Shown here: positions 1 through 11,382 of the stretch, one piece after another
Numbering within the stretch: the stretch's first letter is position 1
Layout: each line of letters opens with the position of its first letter
NCBI GenBank assembly: GCA_002269645.1
Contig: NIVC01000269.1
Span: 248,001-312,000, forward strand
DNA: 64,000 bases
Direction: 5' to 3'
From: Macrostomum lignano
Taxonomy: Eukaryota
Position numbers and translations under genes: made by a program
The notes under the pieces: model-generated
Database searches by the model: none
Told to the model about the DNA's origin: nothing
Seen by the model: only the letters and a program-made list of their open reading frames with translations

Positions 1-453
1 ATCTGGTCGTCTTAAATTTCTCTTTCCCAAAACTGTGCGTCCATTCGGTCTGCCTACTGACTGCAGCGGGCTGGTGAACCAAACGAGTTCGACCATAGTC
101 AGTGCTGGACCCCACCATCCGTGATCCCGCAGCTTTCGAGATCTGCTTCTGCCTCTGTGTGTTCTACACTCCTTTCTTTATGAGGGAAATTTGTCTGTGT
201 ACAACAGCCGCTGCGGCTTCGCTCTGTCACTTTCTCTCCCTTAGTTTCTCGTCCTTCAAATCTAGGTCATAAACCTTGGATGTGCAACGGGCACGCGCTT
301 CTTTCTAAAAGGTGCGGATTTGCAATATTGCCTGCCAAACATGTTGTCACTTTGCAATTTTTTAGCAATTCTGCTGTCGGAGAAATGCGTTATCCGAACT
401 TCTGTTTTGCTCAATTACAGCTGGTTCGTTAAGGTATAGATGTCTGTGAGGGT

Positions 454-1330
454 CGCCATGAGGTTTCTGTAAGCGTCGCCATGAGGTGTCTATACGCCCG
501 TATTGGACGCTATGAGGTATCTTCTGGGGAAGCCATGAGGTGTCTTCTGGGGGGACGCCATGAGGTGTCTTCTAGGGGGGGGCCATGAGGTGTCTTCTGG
601 GGGGACGCCATGAGGTGTCTTCTGGGGACGCCATGAGGTGTCTTCTGGGGAAGCCATGAGGTATCTTCTGGGGGGACGCCATGAGGTATCTTCTGGGGAG
701 GCCATGAGGTGTCTTCTGAGGAAGCCATGAGGCGTCTTCTGGGGAAGCCATGAGGTGTCTTCTGGGGAAGCCATGAGGTGTCTTCTGGGGAAGCCATGAG
801 GTGTCTTCTGGGGAAGCCATGAAGTGTCTTCTGGGGGGACGCCATGAGGTATCTTCTGGGGAGGCCATGAGGTGTCTTCTGGGGAAGCCATGAGGTGTCT
901 TCTGGGGACGCCATGAGGTATCTTCTGGGGGGACGCCATGAGGTATCTTCTGGGGGGACGCCATGAGGTGTCTTCTGGGGAAGCTATGAGGTGTCTTCTG
1001 GGGAAGCCATGAGGTGTCTTCTGGGGAAGCCATGAGGTGTCTTCTGGGGACGCCATGAGGTGTCTTCTGGGGGACGCCATGAGGTGTCATCTGGGGGACG
1101 CCATGAAGTGTCATCTGGGGGACGCCATGAGGTGTCTTCTGGGGGACGCCATGAGGTGTATTCTGGGGGACGCTATGAGGTGTCTTCTGGGGACGCAACG
1201 AGGTGTTCACCGAAAGCTTCACGAGGTGTCTACTGAGGTTGCCATGAAGTTGACGTGTCTACTAGGAGAGCATTGAGGTGTCTACTAGATGAGCATTGAG
1301 GTGTCTACTAGAAGAGCATTGAGGTGTCTA
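454..1330. repeat. 22-24 bp minisatellite (GCCATGAGGTGTCTTCTGGGGA(A/C)), grading into a related GAGCATTGAGGTGTCTACTA unit
   Basis: Tandem units read directly. They explain the PQKTPHG/RRHLMAS ORFs. Confidence 0.95.
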
Positions 1331-1347
1331 ATCATAAGCAAGATCAG

Positions 1348-4300
1348 TCAATCACCTGTCAGGTCGCACTGTACCTCCCTGTCAGCTTTATCAGGCAGGC
1401 CGTACAGTCGCTGACGTTCAACACTGCTGTCAAGAGACGCTGGCGGAGCGTCGAAATCCTCGGCTAGAGAGGCCGGTACGGCGCCGGCCGCCGCGCCGAC
1501 GCGAAGGTGACGCGTCTTCATGAATTCGCCTTCCAGAGTGGACGAAGTCAGTGACGCTTGGTCTTCGGGACGGACTGCCGCGGCCGAGGAAGCGTACAGG
1601 AGTCGGTAGATGGACTGGCTGTCCGCGCCTGACTGAGCTGGAGTGTCTGCCAGCGATGAGGCTGAACGCGTTGGCGGGTGGGTTGGTTTGACGAATCCCA
1701 ATGACAAGGATTGGATTCTTAATCCCAAAAGGAGTTCCGATTGGAATCTTTCCCAGCTATAAAGCTTCTATTCTTATTCCAAATTCAGACAAAATCGAAG
1801 TTTCATCCACACCCATGAAGGCCCAACCCCCAAGGCACAGGGAGCGCAGTATTGACGCGCTTGCATGCGCTCAGGAATCAGCGGAATGGGCGGAGTTGCC
1901 GTCAGCGCTGGTTGTGTGACGATGTCGATATCATGGAATATAATATATTAATATCGCGACATCAAAGCCTTGATTAGGTAAACCCATTGATGATTATTAA
2001 GTTTGATAACCATTTTTACAGCTCGGGCCTCCTCACTCTTTGATCCCGAGCTCTCAGCAGTGGCGGCAGCAGCTGCGGCACCCGCGTCTCCGCTTTCAGC
2101 AGCCGGCCTTGCCGCTAAATGTCGATGTCGATGTCGCTGTCGATTATGCCGACGACGTCGTTCCTCGCCGCCGTCGTCGCCACCGCCGCTCGCCGAGATC
2201 TCGGCTTGCTGCTTCCGTTTCTCCTCCAGCAAGCGTCGTGGACTGTTCAGAGCCCAGAAGCCTTTGTCGCGCAGGTCGGACAGCGGCATCCGGGATTTTG
2301 ATGCCACCGCGGCGGCCGCAGCGTCGGTCAGCCGAACGTCGCTATCATACGAATCCCGCTCGCAGTCTGAACAGTCTTCTTTGTTGCTGCTGATGGCGCT
2401 GTTATTGTCGTCGAAGTCTTGGGCGCTGCTGCTGAGAGAGCTCGGGCTTCGGCTGCTGTTGCTGCCGCTGAAGCAGAAATTGGCGGCTCTTCTTCCGGGA
2501 GCGAGGCGAATAGAGGCAGCTTTGATCTGTAGCGGACCTGTTGGAAACGTATTTGGCAGTCTTTTGTCACCTGTTGGATACTTGGATTGGAGACAGGAGT
2601 GTCACCTGTTAGACAGGAGTGTCACCTGTTGGATACTTGGATTGGAGACAGGAGTGTCACCTGTTAGACAGGAGTGTCACCTGCTAGGCAGAAGTGCCAC
2701 CTGTTAGACAGGAGTCTAAGAAAAACGACCCAAAGAATCAAGGATGCTCAAATCCCCACCTGAAAAGTAGCCGACTTTAGTTTAATAACCGAAGCCGTTT
2801 TCTCGTCCGACAGTTTTCTAATGTGTCCGCTATCCGACAAAGTGATCCTCTCCTTGTCGGCCAGCTGCGCCGCCGCTCGAAGCCGTCTGGCCGCCGCCGC
2901 CGCCGACGCTGTAGCTTCGGTTAAACCGGTTGAGTTCGCGGCGGCGAACTCGCCACCAGCGCCGCTGACGGATGTTCGACGAAGCAAAGCTGGACGGCGA
3001 GTTGCGCCGCCGATGCTGGTGCCGACGCCGTCGTTGCTGATTGTTAGGGCGGCCATTTTTTGTCCGAATCGTTGTTGGAACTCAGCTGCGATGTGGTTCT
3101 CCTTGAAGGTGGTGCGAGTGGATCATTGATTGGGGTCATTTTCGGGTTATACATGTAAGGCCATGAGTTCTTTTGGATCATAGTATCAGGTTTATACGAG
3201 CTTTGCAACGATGCGCAACCTTATATATGTCATCGTATTGGTGTCATAGGTTATGAATTGTGGGTCATAGACAGGTCATGCTGCTTAGGGTCATGGATGA
3301 GTTGTGGGTCATGGACAGGTCATGCTGTTTAGGGTCATGGATGAGTTGTGGGTCATAGACAGGTCATGCTGTTTAGGGTCATGGATGAGTTGTGGGTCGA
3401 CAGGTCATGCTGTTTAGGGTCATGGATGAGTTGTGGGTCATAGACAGGTCATGCTGTTTAGGGTCATGGATGAGTTGTGGGTCATAGACAGGTCATGCTG
3501 TTTAGGGTCATGAATGGATCGTGGGTCATAGACAGGTCATACAGTTGAGGGTCATGAATGGATCGTGGGTCATAGACAGGTCATACAGTTGAGGGTCATG
3601 AATGGATGGTGGGTCATAGACAGGTCATACTGTTGTAAGTCGTGAAAAAATCATGGATCATGGTTTTTCAAAATTTTCATCGCTTCATCGCCAACCTGCA
3701 ACATAAGCTCGGCTCCTTTGAATCTGTCTCGACAAAGAGCCGCAAATTCTGGTCTTTGTTCGGCGGGCAGAAGCAACACAATTTCTCGCAGCAGATTAAA
3801 CTTCTTTGGCGAATCGAGCAGCGGTTCAAGTCGGTCCACAAGCTGGGCGGGTGTCTTTGTCGTACGAAACACCTTCAGGGCCTCCTTGAATGTCTGGCAT
3901 TCTTCCGATGTAAGCACCTGGTGAGCCACTTTTCGAAGGCTCACACTCCTGCGTGCATTGACGGGTTGCCAGGGTTAGGTGTCGGGGAAAGTCATACGGT
4001 GTCAGTAGAAGCAGTTGGTTGTCAAATGAGTCATGATGGCGTCAGAATGAGGCAGTTGGGGTGTCAGGGAGAACACAGATGGGTTTGGCGTGTCAGAGAA
4101 AACACAGATGGGTGTCCGTGAAAACACAGATGGGTGTCCGTGAAAACACAGATGGGTGTCCGTGAAAACACAGATGGGTGTCCGTGAAAACACAGATGGG
4201 TGTCCGTGAAAACACAGATGGGTGTCCGAGAAAACACAGATGGTTGTCCGAGAAAACACAGATGGGTGTCCGTGAAAACACAGATGGGTGTCCGGGAAAA

Positions 4301-5757
4301 CACAGATGGGTGTCCGAGAAAACACAGATGGGTGTCCGAGAAAACACAGATGGGTGTCCGAGAAAACACAGATGGGTGTCCGAGAAAACACAGATGGGGT
4401 GTCCGAGAAAACACAGATGGGTGTCCGAGAAAACACAGATGGGTGTCCGTGAAAACACAGATGGGTGTCCGAGAAAACACAGATGGGTGTCCGTGAAAAC
4501 ACAGATGGGTGTCCGAGAAAACACAGATGAGTGTCCGAGAAAACACAGATGGGTGTCCGAGAAAACACAGATGGGTGTCCGAGAAAACACAGATGAGTGT
4601 CCGAGAAAACACAGATGGGGTGTCCGAGAAAACACAGATGGGTGTCCGTGAAAACACAGATGGGTGTCCGAGAAAACACAGATGAGTGTCCGAGAAAACA
4701 CAGATGGGTGTCAGAGAAAACACAGATGGGTGTCCGAGAAAACACAGATGGGTGTCCGAGAAAACACAGATAGGTGTCCGTGAAAACACAGATGGGTGTC
4801 CGAGAAAACACAGATGGGTGTCCGTGAAAACACAGATGGGTGTCCGAGAAAACACAGATGGGTGTCCGTGAAAACACAGATGGGTGTCCGAGAAAACACA
4901 GATGGGTGTCCGAGAAAACACAGATGGGTGTCCGAGAAAACACAGATGGGTGTCCGAGAAAACACAGATGGGTGTCCGAGAAAACACAGATGGGTGTCCG
5001 AGAAAACACAGATGGGTGTCCGAGAAAACACAGATGGGGTGTCCGAGAAAACACAGATGGGTGTCAGAAAAACCTGTGGGGTGTCAGAGAAAACAGTGGA
5101 GTGTCAATGCAGTGAAGTCAGACACTGCAGCCTTTTTTATCATAGCACAGATATTATCTAAGCTAATTTTGTGGCATCTGAATGACACGCAAACTAACAA
5201 AACTAATTGATAAAATAAAATGCTAATAGAATAAATGACCAGCCAGTAGAACAGTCATTTTAGCCGATTAGATCGCGCAACCAACAATCTTAATTGAACC
5301 AATTAAATTTGCCATGTTCATAAATTGAGGCTAATTATTTTTCGGCTACTTCAATCAGAAAGCAATAAAACAAATTGCTTAGTACTGCGTCTGGTTATTC
5401 ATTTATACTCGTAATTTGTTATTATTGCAGATCATTACCAACAGACTGTACTTTATAGAAGGATATATAATGAGACGACTTTAAAAATCCTCGCGAACAC
5501 AATGAAAAGATACTGATGCTGCTATAGGCGCTAAAATAGGGATGTCATGTAGGCGCCAAAATGAGGATGTCATGCTGGCGCCAAAATAGGGATGTCATAC
5601 TGGCGCCAAATAGGGATTTTATGGTGGCGCCGCCAAAATGGGGATGTCATGTTGGCTAGTACTAGTAAAATACTAGTGTCAACATTGGCGCCAAAATTCA
5701 ACGAGGCTTTTAAGCAACTTACTGACTATAATTTCGTTTATTACGCGCGGACGACAT
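1348..5757 (-). CDS. Harmonin-homology (HHD/harmonin-N-like) domain protein, whirlin/harmonin-related N-terminus, no PDZ seen; about 477 aa, 5 predicted exons
   Basis: Predicted exons: 5757-5723 (MSSARNKRNYS, GTAAGT donor, phase 2), 3948-3696, 3101-2760, 2526-2037 and about 1661-1348. All junctions are GT-AG and phase-consistent. Exon 2 (LRKVAHQVLTSEECQTFKEALKVF..LVDRLEPLLDSPKKFNLLREIVLLLPAEQRPEF) resembles the whirlin HHD. The last junction is uncertain; reading through to the stop at 1948 is an alternative. Confidence 0.7.
2560..2715. repeat. ~20 bp intronic tandem repeat (GGAGTGTCACCTGTTAGACA)
   Basis: Direct reading; lies inside a predicted intron. Confidence 0.85.
3255..3635. repeat. 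~44 bp intronic minisatellite (GGGTCATAGACAGGTCATGCTGTTTAGGGTCATGGATGAGTTGT)
   Basis: Direct reading. Confidence 0.9.
4073..5070. repeat. 22 bp minisatellite (GGGTGTCCG(A/T)GAAAACACAGAT)
   Basis: Direct reading. Explains the SRTPICVFSDTHLCFLGHP ORFs. Confidence 0.95.
5525..5650. repeat. Short GGCGCCAAAATAGGGATGTCAT tandem repeat
   Basis: About 5 degenerate units. Confidence 0.75.
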
Positions 5758-6236
5758 TTCGAAGAAATTCCTAAAAAAGTCTCTAAAAAGTCTGCTTCGA
5801 AAAAAACAAGGACAGAAACTGCAGAGGCCAGTGGCTGGCCAAATGTTGCAGTGCAAACGATGATGCAGGGCCAGTTGCACTGCTTTGGAGCGCTGATATT
5901 TTTGCAGACGGATTTCTCTCTCTCTCTCTCTCTCTTCCTTCCTTCCGTTATTCCCTTTCCCCATCGCTCCTGTATCACGGAAATGGGCCAATGGCGTGGC
6001 GGCCCAAGCCGCTGCTCCTCTCTCAGTCTATCTACGTTTCCTCTCTTCTGGATCCTCTCTCAGTCTTCTTCCCCTTAGTGGGAGCCTAGCTAGAAATGGC
6101 CAGCAGCCATGCTGCAGAGTTATTGGCAACCCCATTCACGGGTTGACAGGGTGGGTGAGGTAGGCAATTGGGGACTGCGGCCCCCCCCCACAATCGGCGG
6201 ACAAAACATAGCACCCCATTCACGGCAGGTGCTGGC

Positions 6237-7048
6237 GCCCCTTGGTGCTAAAGCCCCTTGGTGCTAAAGCCCCTTGGTGCTAAAGCCCCTTGGTGCTAAA
6301 GCCCCTTGGTGCTAAAGCCCCTTGGTGCTAAAGCCCCTTGGTGCTAAAGCCCCTTGGTGCTAAAGCCCCTTGGTGCTAAAGCCCCTTGGTGCTAAAGCCC
6401 CTTGGTGCTAAAGCCCCTTGGTGCTAAAGCCCCTTGGTGCTAAAGCCCCTTGGTGCTAAAGCCCCTTGGTGCTAAAGCCCCTTGGTGCTAAAGCCCCTTG
6501 GTGCTAAAGCCCCTTGGTGCTAAAGCCCCTTGGTGCTAAAGCCCCTTGGTGCTAAAGCCCCTTGGTGCTAAAGCCCCTTGGTGCTAAAGCCCCTTGGTGC
6601 TAAAGCCCCTTGGTGCTAAAGCCCCTTGGTGCTAAAGCCCCTTGGTGCTAAAGCCCCTTGGTGCTAAAGCCCCTTGGTGCTAAAGCCCCTTGGTGCTAAA
6701 GCCCCTTGGTGCTAAAGCCCCTTGGTGCTAAAGCCCCTTGGTGCTAAAGCCCCTTGGTGCTAAAGCCCCTTGGTGCTAAAGCCCCTTGGTGCTAAAGCCC
6801 CTTGGTGCTAAAGCCCCTTGGTGCTAAAGCCCCTTGGTGCTAAAGCCCCTTGGTGCTAAAGCCCCTTGGTGCTAAAGCCCCTTGGTGCTAAAGCCCCTTG
6901 GTGCTAAAGCCCCTTGGTGCTAAAGCCCCTTGGTGCTAAAGCCCCTTGGTGCTAAAGCCCCTTGGAGCTAAAGCCCCTTGGTGCTAAAGCCCCTTGGCGC
7001 TAAAGCCCCTTGGTGCTAAAGCCCCTTGGTGCTAAAGCCCCTTGGTGC
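6237..7048. repeat. Near-perfect 16 bp minisatellite (CCCCTTGGTGCTAAAG), about 50 units
   Basis: Direct reading. Only two variant units were noticed, near 6965 and 6997. Confidence 0.97.
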
Positions 7049-7479
7049 ATGTTTAATTCTGAAACTTTTTATCCTGGAAAAGCTTTTTCCGCAATTAGTT
7101 TTCCATTATTTTATATTATCACAAGCATGTATAACTGCATGCTTGTGAGCTTGGCAGCTCTCTGATCCAAGTGAATATAATGGGCTATATATAGATTTGC
7201 GCGGAATTTTATAAAAAGTATAATTGAGCGATCACTCTGAAAATTTATAGTGACAATGCGCCTGAGCAATTGCCCGTCAAACTTGAGCATCAGGAATTAT
7301 AATAGTTATTGAGCATCAGGAATTAGAGTAGTTAAATATACAGTGAATGGGTGATGGTATGTGGATATTTTAAGCCAGCTGTGTATGCATGCGGTTTAGC
7401 GACACGATGCTAAGTACCGCGAACTCCTACTTAAACTATAGTGACGCGGATATAGGACAATTGCTGTACTGTGTGGGAA

Positions 7480-8620
7480 ATTAGTCGCCCACCTCCGGCC
7501 TGAGCGCCGTAGGTCAGGTTCTAACGGTGTCGCTGTCACTGTCGTGACTGCGAGCGGCAAGCTCCGCACCAGTGCCGCCGAACCCACCAGGACTCGCGGC
7601 CTGCCCAGCCGGAACCTCGAGGGCCGGCACCTCCACCCCAGCCGGCTCGCCGGAATGCACGCGCGAGCAGAGCGGACCGACGAGTCGACCACCACCACTT
7701 CTGGCCCAGATTCGGCATCCCCACCTTTAACACTCGCACCTCAGCCACCCGTGGAGGTTGCAGGGAGCTGACCCGGTTTGCGGCCGACCTGGGCATCTCA
7801 GTTCTGGCTGTCCAAGAGCATCGCAGGACCAAAGACGAAGGTGCGGACCTGGGCCTCGGGTGGCAATTCAAGGCCGCCCCAGCCATGCCCTGGGGCGTCG
7901 GGGCTGTTGGCTAGCTGCTCTCGCCCGCCGCGTCTAAAGCCCTACTGGACATCCGGTTCCCGTCTGAGCACCTTGGTCAAGCGGCTTTTGCCCTGAAGGA
8001 CAGGCGCCTGCATATTGTCTGCGTGTATGCCCCGACAGCCCCAGCTGCACCAGCAAGAATCCCGCTGAGACCAAAGTCCTCTACGACACTCTGGGCCATG
8101 CACCTGCTGAATCTATAATTCCTTCACGCGATCTTGGTTTTTTTTGTCGGTGATTCAATGCGCCATCTGCATGTTGATGGTCGCTTGGTGAAGAACTTCT
8201 GTGGTGTGCCGACGCCAGTTCTGCTTATCTGTCCAGCTTCACCCAGGCCAGGGATCTGATTGCCCTTTAGTACGGCACTATGAGGCAGCGTCTCTGCAAG
8301 CTCCCGACTTTCTTTGGCCCCAGCGGGCGGACCACGTGGCTGGACTGGGTCTTTTGCCCCTTTGCTCTCCGGTATAGAGTGCGCAGATCGTGACCAACAT
8401 CCGCCCTATTTGCGTGAAGTCTCATGACCACAGCCTGAATGGTGGCCAACGCTGGACTAAGCTGATCGCCTTCCCGGGAGACTCGGCAGCCTTCCTGGAC
8501 AGACTGCGCGCTGTGAACCCGGCTCTGGACCAGTCTGCTGGCTCTTTCATCAGTCATGCAGTTGAAAACGCAGCGGCCGTCCTGCCAAGGCGTGCTGTTA
8601 GGTTTCTTGTTACCAACACA
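7480..8620 (+). mobile_element. Degenerate non-LTR retrotransposon (LINE, RTE-like) APE-endonuclease region; no RT seen
   Basis: Frameshifted APE motifs: IPTFNTRT..ELTRFAADLGISVLAVQEHRR (~7715-7825), RRLHIVCVYAPTA (~8003-8040), VGD(F)NA (~8147) and TTWLDWV (~8332). Confidence 0.8.
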
Positions 8621-11382
8621 GGACCACTTGCACTATATATACTAGCTAGTAGTGGTCTACTATAAAGTACATAAAGTATATATAGTATTTCTTGTTTATT
8701 ACACGCACATTCACATCATCTATCTTACACGAACTTGTAAGAACTGTACATGTACCTGTACGTGTACCATGCAACAAATGTATGTACTTGTTGTTTATCA
8801 CATTTTAATTTTGAGTCTAACTTTTAACTATATGAATTATTCATTCTAAAAGACTCTGATATTAAGCGTACTTTTCAGTTTTCATTTTATTAGCTTTTAG
8901 TTTTTGGGCTGCTACTACATTGCAGCCAATCCAATTCTAAGATTTTTAACACCGGTAACACAGATTAACAAAAAACTTGTTACAGTTGCAAATTTTTTTT
9001 AATTACCCTTTTTTAAATTTAAAAATGCATTTTAAAGCTTTTAGCTATTTTGTATATTACGTAAATGCCAGAAACTTGTACATCTAAAAAGTGAACGCCC
9101 CGAAAATTATCGGAAACAATTTTAAACATGGCCATTATTGTTTTTCCGAAATGATCCTTTCAGGGCGCAGGTGCGTTGTTGACCATTATGGCTGGGGCCC
9201 CTACTCCAGGCATGCTAGGCTTGTTTTGCATTTGATATAAGGCTAGTCTAGTAATCTAGATCAATAGACAGTGCAGTCGCTTGCCTGGCAGCACGTATAT
9301 CAATATGCATTTGTAGTGAAGCTTGATTGATTTAGATAATTAAATTTTTATTGTATCACTACCTCGCAAGTCGCATAGCAAAAGTCATAATTTTACATTT
9401 AGTCACAAATCGTTTCAAGTATCCCAGTTTTTATCGAGATATGATATCCACTATGCCAGCAGGCAGAATATAAGCATATTGTATTCTTTAAAATTAGAAT
9501 ATTTAGATTTAATTGTATATTTATATTATAAAATGGCCATAAGAAATTAGCTTAAAACTATGTTCATACGAATTCATTTGAATAGTTGTTTTTCTGATAT
9601 ATGTGCTATGGGTAAAATAATTTTTTACATAAAATAATTCTAAAGCAGCTTTGATAAAACACTTTTATTTGTTTATTTCTTGTATTTTTTCGAATTTTAT
9701 TTAAAATTATTTTTTTGGTAAAGTAAATATAATATTTAGTGTCTTTTGATTTTATAGGAGTCTAACCAAGAAAATTTTAGGTTATTCAAAGATTTTTTAA
9801 AACTTGAACTACTAGTAAGTATGAATTATTAAGCATTTAAAGTAGATTATAAATCACTTAGCTCATAAATAGTCAAAAATATTTCAAAGTCAGAAGATAT
9901 ATGCATATATTATATATCTGCGTCGCCCTACAGTCATATATATGAGTAGACTGTAGAGTAGCTCAGTGATACTTAAATTTTGAATTTTTGAGTTTAATAT
10001 ATCTTATAGCAACAATTTTTAACTCTGTGAGTGGCTATATATTTAGCCTAAAATCTTATGCATTAAGAATTTGGCCTGTTAAAATTCTTTTTATGTAATT
10101 CAAGCTCAGAATGGCCAACTAACCAGGGCTCAAAGTCTCCCTGGAAATGATGTGTTCCTTTCTACGAAGACTTTCTCAGTAATCAAGGAACAATCATTTC
10201 TAGCTACTTTGCTAGGCAACGCAGTTATCAAATGAAGGTACTGCTTACCATGACTCTGGTTTAGAGATCTCCTTGTAGTTCTCGTCCAATAAGTTGTTCT
10301 CGCAATCTGTTGCGTTCCTGTCCTTCAGGAAGTGTAGACGTCTAGAATCAGTCGATCTGGTCCTGTATCTTCTTTTACTTCCGATAAAGTTGTTTCAGGC
10401 CAGTATCTGCAGTCAGGACCAATCAGAGGCCTCGTGTCAACAATGGGTACCCTACGCCGATCTGTGGTTTCACTTAAGCCTTCTCCTTTTAGTAGTGCCT
10501 CAATGCACTCTAGGTATAGCTCCGGTAATCTCTAATAGATCGTCTAAGATCTATTAGGGCAGCCCTTCGGGTGACTACAACCAATGGAGTCTCAGATAGA
10601 CTTAAGAGTCTCAACAGACTCTAACACTATCACAATAGTGAGTCGACTCAACAACAACTGGCGCAAATGAGCAAGGCTTACCGCAACAACTCGACCGAGT
10701 CTCGATTGACTTGGTGATCAGGAAGTCCTCCTAAGGCTTGCCCTTCGGAGCTTCTCCTATCATTAGGAGTTGGCTCCGTGTCCACTTCGGACCGCTTGTA
10801 TTTAAAGAGAATCGGACTCCACATGAGGTCATTGGGTTCATTTTCTTAAATGTCGAAAGTTCACGGTTTGGTTGCTGTTAAGCATGACAGGGTAGAAAGT
10901 TAAACAACTAGTCTAGTGTAAGCGCGCATGATTGATTACCGTAGCTGAGCTATTTTAGATACCTTTGATTGGTTCATCCGGGTGCAAGCCGAATGATGAA
11001 TCGTAGGTGAGGTTTGAACTGACAAATGTAGGTCGCACGTGACCAATGATGAATCGCAGATGGGGTTTGAACTGACAATTGTAGGTCACACATGATTGAT
11101 TGGTTGCTAAAAATAACTTGTCCGACTTTTCGCTCTTCTGATTGGTTGACTAATTTTACGCATGTGATTCAGTACTTACTTTTATACATGTTACTTGCTT
11201 TACTACTATTTAAGTAGTACGTTAACAATTTTTGCTACTTTTTTGAGGGAGGTAGAACACTACAGAAACTAAGTCACTAATGTACTTGAGGCGTGGATGT
11301 ATCTATGCCAGATCCAGAGCAACCTTAACCAAAAAACATTGCAGTCTATTAAGCTTGCATTATCATGCTCAGCCAATAGCAG

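Noticed and set aside
490-1222. ORFs of 134-216 aa
   Set aside because: These are translations of a 22-24 bp minisatellite, open in several frames.
4002-5210. Multiple long ORFs up to 350 aa
   Set aside because: These are translations of a stop-free 22 bp array inside a predicted intron.
10140-10800. Hairpin-rich segment that looks like an LTR or retroelement leader
   Set aside because: No second LTR, primer-binding site or recognisable ORF supports a call.
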